A DNA stretch of 64,000 nt, taken from contig CBFDEM010000043.1 of assembly GCA_965603825.1 (NCBI GenBank), positions 310,001 through 374,000 of the forward strand, in the 5' to 3' direction. Made by a program: the position numbers and the translations under genes. Each line of letters starts with the position of its first letter. Position 1 is the first letter of the stretch. The DNA comes from Blepharisma stoltei ATCC 30299 (lineage: Eukaryota > Protista > Ciliophora). The notes under the pieces were generated by a model. That model did not search any database and was not told the DNA's origin. It saw only the letters and a program-made list of their open reading frames with translations. Of the stretch, positions 57,568-64,000 are shown in pieces.

Positions 57568-59250
57568 TTATCTGGCTTTTCTTATTATTTCTTTCAATTC
57601 CTTTCCTGAGATATTTTCTTTCTCTATCAAAATCTCGGCTAATTGCATTAACAACGCTCGATCTTTCTGCATATATTTCAGGCTCTTTTTGTGTGATTTT
57701 TTTATCAATCGATTTACTTCATATTGCACTAATCTTCTACTTCCTCTACTCTTACGAGGAAAATAAAATACAAAACCTGATTCGCCATTAAACAATCCAG
57801 ATCTTACATATTCATTCAAATATTTTCTGGTTTTCATAATATCTTCTTCACATAAGTCATTTATCCTCTTATTTTTCCCATAAACTAAATCTAAGGCTGC
57901 CTTTCCCGATATCAGAATATCAACCTGATCCAAAATTTCTTTTCTTGTTGTGTTTTGATATACCTCGAAGAGCTCTGTAAGATTTTTGCTTGATGGATTC
58001 AATGAAAGTGATACATCTTCCAAAGGAACGTTCTCATGCTTTTTTAAATACATGAGAAATATCCCTATTTCATGTACAGCGAGTTGAAGCTTTTCCTCTT
58101 TTGTGAGGCGTGAAATTTTGTTGATTTTTCGAATTTCATTTAAAATATCGGTAGAGCTTAGAAAGAAAGTATTGTTTTTTGTAACGTGAGTAGTAGCTGA
58201 GTTCAATATTTGAAATAACTGAAGAGGTGTAAAGCCAGCAGTTTGTCTCGCGATTTCTTCTGCATCAATTTCAAATTTTAATGATTGTTTTGCTAGTGTG
58301 TGTTTTATGATTTTTTTACGAGTTTCGCGGTCAGGGACCGGGATATTGATTTTTCAGTCAAATCTTCCTGTTCTTATCAGCCTGCTATCAAGAGCTTCTG
58401 AAGAGTTTGACGCTGCAATAACAAGTATTTTGTCATTATCAGCAGCTCGGTCTATTTCATGCATTAGTCGTATTACAGTCTGCTTACTTTCACCTACATT
58501 AATTTCATATATTTCTTCAGCAATACTACTTATTTCATCGATAAATATAATTGAAGGCTGCGTTTTTTTCGCTGCAATAAATAAATCTCTCATCTTTTTA
58601 GCTCCAGATCCTACATTCACCTCATCAAATTCCGAAGCTGATATCTTAAAATATGATACTCCAGCTTCTCCTGCTATTGCATTAGCTAGTAAAGTTTTTC
58701 CTGTTCCTGTTTCTCCAGTCAAAAGAATCCCTTTAGGCATTTTGGCATTAGCTACTTGAAATTTTTTTTGGTTTTTATAATAGTCAATGAGAAAATTAAG
58801 TTCGTCGATGAAATCTTCAAGCCCTATGACATCACTGAATCTTTCTTTGGGGCGGCTTTCTGGAATGAAATTTTCTTTAACAAGCATTGTGTAGGGCATG
58901 GGAATTTCTTGGTTTATTGCTTTCTTTGATCTCATCAAATATTGTGAATAGAAATAGCTGCAAACTCCTATAAGGCCAGATAAAGAAATTGCTGAAGCAA
59001 TAAATAATGCCCAGGGATACATCATACCTCGAAATGCTTTCAATTTTGGGTTATGTCTTATGGTTATATAAACTTGTAAAGCATTTTTATGAGGTTTTGA
59101 AGTCTCTATAAACTTTTCATATCATTCTTTTCTTCAAGGTTCAGGCTTTTCAGGTATTTTAGGTTTTAGGACTTTAGACTTAACTGGGAATTTTCGGCTA
59201 AAAAAACGACAATTCTTGAGTATGTAAGATCTTTTGAAAATGATAAACAT
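57568..59250 (-). CDS. Mitochondrial FtsH/YME1-like AAA protein, protease motif degenerate
   Basis: Basic presequence-like N-terminus, one TM, PKGILLTGETGTGKT, IIFIDEI, LDSRLIRTGRFD; HEIGI instead of HExxH; ORFs joined via TGA. Confidence 0.87.
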
Positions 59251-59652
59251 TTATGACTTAAAATTTATTAATAAAATTTGTAAGAAAAGAGGAGTCAAGT
59301 TTCAAAGAATAGTTTTTTAATGTAAAACAGAGAATTTGTGACCTTCAATATTAGATTGCTGTAATTGCTTCAAGTATATTATTTTTAAACTCAATTTCCA
59401 CTCATCCTATAAATTTCTATTGTAAAAATAAGATAAAATATCAATCTTAATTACTCAAAATAATACTTGAGGCTCTTTTTACCGGAATTAGCTTCAATTC
59501 TATAATAAGAGAGCAGTATTAATAAATAATTCAATAAATTGGAAGAGAAAATTATTCATTTTGTGAATTTCAGCAACAGTTTCAATACATCATTAATAAA
59601 CTCAAGCATGGTAATCATTATTTGATTCTTTTTCTACTAAGAAATAAAAAAT

Positions 59653-61282
59653 ATGGGAGTATGCTGCCCAAAAGAATACAAAATGCTTCGACCCAAAACA
59701 GCAAGACAGCTTGATAAACCTGAAATTTCAAATTCATCTAGGTTAGAACGTATTATTACAATTAGGAATTAACACTCGTTATGAATTTATAAAAGTTATA
59801 GGATGTGGGCAATTCGGGACTGTGCGCGAAGCCAGAATGGTCGGCTATGATATAGAAAATAATTGCAAGCATTTTGCTATTAAATCTATCAATAAAGTAA
59901 GAGTTATGAAAAATCTCAAATTGATGAAAAACGAAATCTCAATTTTAATGCTCGTTGATCACCCTAACATTATAAAACTCTATGAAACCTATGAAGATGA
60001 CATGTATATTCACTTAGTTATGGAGTTGTGCACAGGTGGAGATTTATTCGAGCATTTGATGGTCAGAGGCAGTTTAACTGAGCTAGAGGTAGCTCAAATT
60101 ATGAGGAAAATATTCACAGCAGTTAATCACTTACATAATATTAATATATGCCATAGAGATATAAAGCCTGAAAATTTTCTGGTTTCAAGCAAAGATAATG
60201 ATGCTGATATAAAAATGATTGATTTTGGAATGTCAGCGAAATTTGGAGGTGAAGAGATGAATACAATAGTAGGGACTCCTTACTATTTAGCTCCAGAAGT
60301 GTTGAGAGGCTCATATGGTTTAGAATGTGATGTTTGATCCCTAGGTGTAGTCATGTTTTTTCTACTTGTTGGACAACAGCCATTTAAAGGAGATTCTTTA
60401 AATGAAATTTTCCAAAAAATTGTGAAAGCAGATTTTGATTTTTCTGATCCAAGTTGAGAAATTATTTCAGATGAAGCCAAAATTTTGATCTCAAAAATGC
60501 TTATTGTTAATCCTGATTACCGAATTTCTTTACAAGATGCTTTATCTCATGAATGATTTGTAAATAATTTATCAAATTCGCATCAAGAAATTAAGCTGGA
60601 AGTCTTTAAATCAATAAAGCGATATAGAGCCCCAAGTAAGCTGTGACATGAAGCTATGAAAATTTTGGTGCAAAATTTATCAGCTGATCAAATAAAAGAA
60701 TTGCAGAGTGCTTTTCTAGAAATCGACCAGAGGAAAACTGGCTTTGTAACTGCTAAAGATATTGAAGCTGCAATGATCCGCAATGGCTTTTTTTTAGCGC
60801 GCGACGAATTTAAAGCCCTTGTACAGAGTATAAATTACGTCGGAAAAGGAAAATTAAATTACACACAGTTTTTAATTGCTTCAGTTGATAAGAGGCGAGC
60901 CCTTGATGAAGAATCAATGTGGCTAGTTTTTAAGCATTTTGATCTTGTAAACTCTAATTAGGATCGGAATGGGACTATAAGTGTTGATGAATTGAAGTTT
61001 GCATTGGAAAAAGCAGGGTGCTACCTATCAGACACTGAATATAAAGAAATTATAGATGAGTTTGAACTAAAAGCAGGTGAAACTATGAATTTTGAAGAAT
61101 TTAAAGAAATTATGCTATGTATTGGCTATTTAGGCTTTGAAGATCGGTCTTTGGTATGCACCGAACAAGAAGATCAATTTGTGGAGGCTCCTAGAAGAGG
61201 AATGAGAAGACTTTCACAGAGATTGCTTATGCAAAGGAAAACAATCATCGAGCCAAAGAAAAAGAAAAGAGTTACAGATTAA
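59653..61282 (+). CDS. Calcium-dependent protein kinase (CDPK), 2-3 introns
   Basis: MGVCC start, GCGQFGTV, AIK, HRDIKPEN, DFG, GTPYYLAPE, CDV-W(TGA)-SLG, EF-hand DLDRNGTISVDE after splicing. Confidence 0.92.
59750..59765 (+). other. 16-nt intron
   Basis: GTATTATTACAATTAG; removal joins the MGVCC N-terminus to the kinase frame. Confidence 0.85.
60947..60961 (+). other. 15-nt intron
   Basis: GTAAACTCTAATTAG; its TAG is an in-frame stop and removal rebuilds the EF-hand loop. Confidence 0.92.
61119..61133 (+). other. Probable 15-nt intron (in frame, no stop)
   Basis: GTATTGGCTATTTAG with A six nt from the 3' end like the other five; not required for the reading frame. Confidence 0.6.
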
Positions 61283-61308
61283 ATTGTTTTATTAACAAAT
61301 TTTTATAA

Positions 61309-62925
61309 TTAATTAGCGAAGTTAACGAAATTCCAGGGCAGCAAAGTAGCGAAAAATAGGTAGAATGGATTTGCATTTGGGTCTAAATTTCCGTTTTGAT
61401 GGTTTTCTTCACGGCCAATTTGGAATTCAGGAGGAGCTACTAATCTCGGGACATTTGAAAAATCAGCTAGTTCAAGAGAATTATATCGGTTAAAGATCCC
61501 TTCGAAGTTTCTATCACTAATCAAGTCATCTTTGGTTCCTATTAAAAATGAGGCAGATAGCAGCCCATTTTTAAGTCAATTTATGATGTATTCTTGTCTC
61601 CATAATTCTTCAACTCTGGCTGCATGAATATCTGCGATTTTTTGATAATCGCCCAGAATCCCCGGTTCTCTTTTATCCTCAGTTGGAACAAACGACGGAA
61701 CAAGCCTCTTTAATAGTGATTTCGCTATATTTGGATAGCATATTATTGCAATAATTAAAGCCACACTTGAATTTTCTCCAGTAAGCTCTGATAAATTTCC
61801 AATTGCTTTCGCCCTTTCAATATCCTCACTAGTTATCTCTAAATACCTATCTCTCAGAGCTTTGCATAGCGCAAAACTATATAAAATATTTGGCATCATC
61901 AATAAATTTCCAGTACCATAAAATTCCTGCATAAAACTATCTGCGAACCTCAAAAAGTAATCAAGTCTCTTGGCTTTTATAGAATAATAATCAATCAAAA
62001 GTAAGCATCCTAAAGGGTCATCATGTGGATTGAGCGACAAAATAAATTTAACAAATTCTAAAGCAGCCTTAACACATCCTTTTCTCCCTAGACACTCAGC
62101 GTACATATATAAACTCTTATAGAAAATTCTGTTATATGTGTTTGCTGCGATATCAAGTTCTAGACCATTCCCAATCGGTGAAAATTGATGATGAAAACTC
62201 AGCTGAAAGCTATATAAAATTCTTTCTAATAAATTTTCCAGATCATTATAATTTCCTCTCATTTGTAAAGCGATTGACAACTGGTACAATCCTTCTATAT
62301 GAAATGGATATGTCTTAAGAAAATCGTTAACAGCATTCAAATCATTCCCAATTAAGCTGTCCATATATTGTGAATGAAGCTTCGAATATCCTTTGCTAGG
62401 CTTGAAATTAAAAATATGCCTGGAAGAGTCCGGACATCTCTCCATTTCCAGCAGATAATTAATATTCGTCGGCCAATTTTGCTTATCAGGGGTTAAAATC
62501 ATCTTCCTCTGCGTCACATGAGAGTCCCTCTGGCCTTTGTTTTCTTCGGGAAACAACAAAGCGAGTTCTGGCCTTGGATCAAAATGCTTGGCTTGTCTCT
62601 TCAGACAAGATACTGTGCTTTGCATATGGAAGGCATCATCAACACTTTTAATAGTTTTCAGCTCTTCCAGCAGAGAATCAACATCCCCAGTCACAATTTC
62701 TTCTTTTTTCCTTGGGGCTGCTATTTTTGTGACTGGCAATTTTTCTTCTTCATGGTCAATGGACTCAAATTCATTTTCTTCAGACTCGCTTGATGATATG
62801 ATGACAAAGTCGCTGAATTTATTTGAAGGCTGGGCCATGATTTCTTCTTCTGAAGAGTTTTCTGAGTCTAAGTTTTCTGTTGATTTTTGGGATTCAAGGA
62901 TTTTTCTGACTTGTCTTAGGGACAT
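61309..62925 (-). CDS. TCF25: TCF25/Rqc1 (ribosome quality control)
   Basis: MSLRQVRK, YPFHIEGLYQLS, LLERILY, NRIFY, RKGC..ALEF.K.ILSL.P.DDP...L.IDYYS, PN..YS.AL, FFATLLPW; joined via TGA 61576. Confidence 0.88.
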
Positions 62926-62943
62926 TTATTAAAGTTAAAATGG

Positions 62944-63669
62944 TTACTTACTGTTAGGGGTTGAAAGCAAAGCTTCAAGCTGGTCTTTAAGTCTTTGGTT
63001 GGTTTTCTTCCTGAACTCGATTTCTTCCGTGTGGGCTCTTGCTTCGATTTCTTCACGCTCTTTTTCTTTTTGCTCGATTTCTTCAATTTCTTGGTCAAGC
63101 TCGTCTACCTCCGCTGTCAGATTTTCACATTCTTCTATGAGTTTCTTTATATCAGCGTCTGTTTCAGCTCTTCATTGTTCAGCTTGCAAGGCTTTTCGCA
63201 TACCATAAGCAATGCTGCTTTCATAGAGAGTTTGGTAAGACTGAATAGTCATTCTCAGCTCGTCTCTGACTCTTAGCAGTAAAAGCCCTCTTTCTGTGCA
63301 AATAATTGTTAGCTGCCTTATAAGCTCATCGAAACATTGACTATAGAGCTCTTCTCGAATAGGACAGATCCCAGTTTCTCTTGCTTGCCGAAGCTCAAGT
63401 AAGTTATCAAGCTGCTCTTGGAGTTTTATTACATCTTGGGTGGTTGCAGGGTTTGAACTAACATATTGGACCCAGAGTTGACCGTCTTCGGTACTTTCTC
63501 TAGGGGGGAGCACAGAGTTGAGGACATCTTCAATTTGAGCTTTGTCGGCAGGGACGTTCGGCCTTCCTGGGATGTTTTTTCCTTTGCCTTTGCCCTTTAA
63601 GGAAGTAGAAACTTGGATTTTGGTGTCATATTTAACAAGAGATTGGGCTTGCGGGAGGTTATTTGCCAT
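62944..63669 (-). CDS. DNALI1: Axonemal inner-arm dynein light chain p28
   Basis: SLVKYD, LNSVLPPRE, QARETGICPIREELYSQCFDELIRQ, YQTLYESSIAYGMRKALQAEQ; continues past TGA 63172 to TAA 62944. Confidence 0.93.
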
Positions 63670-63931
63670 TTTATAACTGTACAAGCAAATTGAAAATTTT
63701 TTGGAAATGATATTGAATTGATAAAAAATTAATTTATGCAAGGGCTTCTTTGTATTAAAATACAATTTAAATTCATTAATTGAAATTTCTGATATATGTA
63801 AACATTATTCTGAAGTATATTGATTTAGCATTAGAAATTACTGAAAAACAACAATAATTCCAATAGTGCGATTTTATTAAAAAGCATAAAAATGCAATCA
63901 ATTAATACTTATTCAAATAAAAGATATAGAT

Positions 63932-64000
63932 ATGGATGATTCTCCAAGTTCAACCGACTCTGAATATTATCCAAGCTACATATTAAGTAGCAATGGGAAT
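63932..64000 (+). CDS. Possible 5' end of a gene running off the window
   Basis: ATG after AT-rich spacer, MDDSPSSTDSEYYPSYILSSNGN open to the edge. Confidence 0.35.
   Translation, partial: MDDSPSSTDSEYYPSYILSSNGN

Noticed and set aside
4733-63669. Treating the many TGA-split ORFs as pseudogenes or selenoproteins
   Set aside because: TGA aligns with conserved Trp, not Cys, and frames continue cleanly, so code reassignment explains them
1-64000. CRISPR arrays, prokaryotic operons, transposase or reverse transcriptase genes
   Set aside because: Sequence is eukaryotic; no repeat-spacer arrays or transposase/RT motifs were seen

Overview
This is gene-dense, AT-rich eukaryotic DNA, almost certainly ciliate macronuclear and most consistent with a heterotrich such as Blepharisma (inferred, not database-checked). 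Two properties explain why the supplied ORF track is fragmented. First, TGA encodes Trp while TAA/TAG are stops: TGA falls at invariant Trp positions of at least eight unrelated families. Second, spliceosomal introns are only 15-16 nt (GT...A-NNN-AG); six were found. After re-joining ORFs I find about 46 protein genes (two cut by the window edges), one tRNA-Ser(GCT), a decaying Rab tandem array, a C2H2 zinc-finger pseudogene and an eL39-derived ORF. Highlights: an MT-A70 DNA 6mA methyltransferase with four ZZ fingers (AMT2/AMT5-like) whose catalytic DPPW Trp is a TGA; ER glucosidase I (MOGS) with a hevein-like chitin-binding module inside its catalytic domain, head-to-head with OST subunit TMEM258; a TA-bounded 51-bp GC-rich palindrome in an intergenic region; several predicted pseudoenzymes; and Popeye- and YbjN-like genes unexpected in a ciliate. 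All family calls come from motif recognition by eye; no searches were run.
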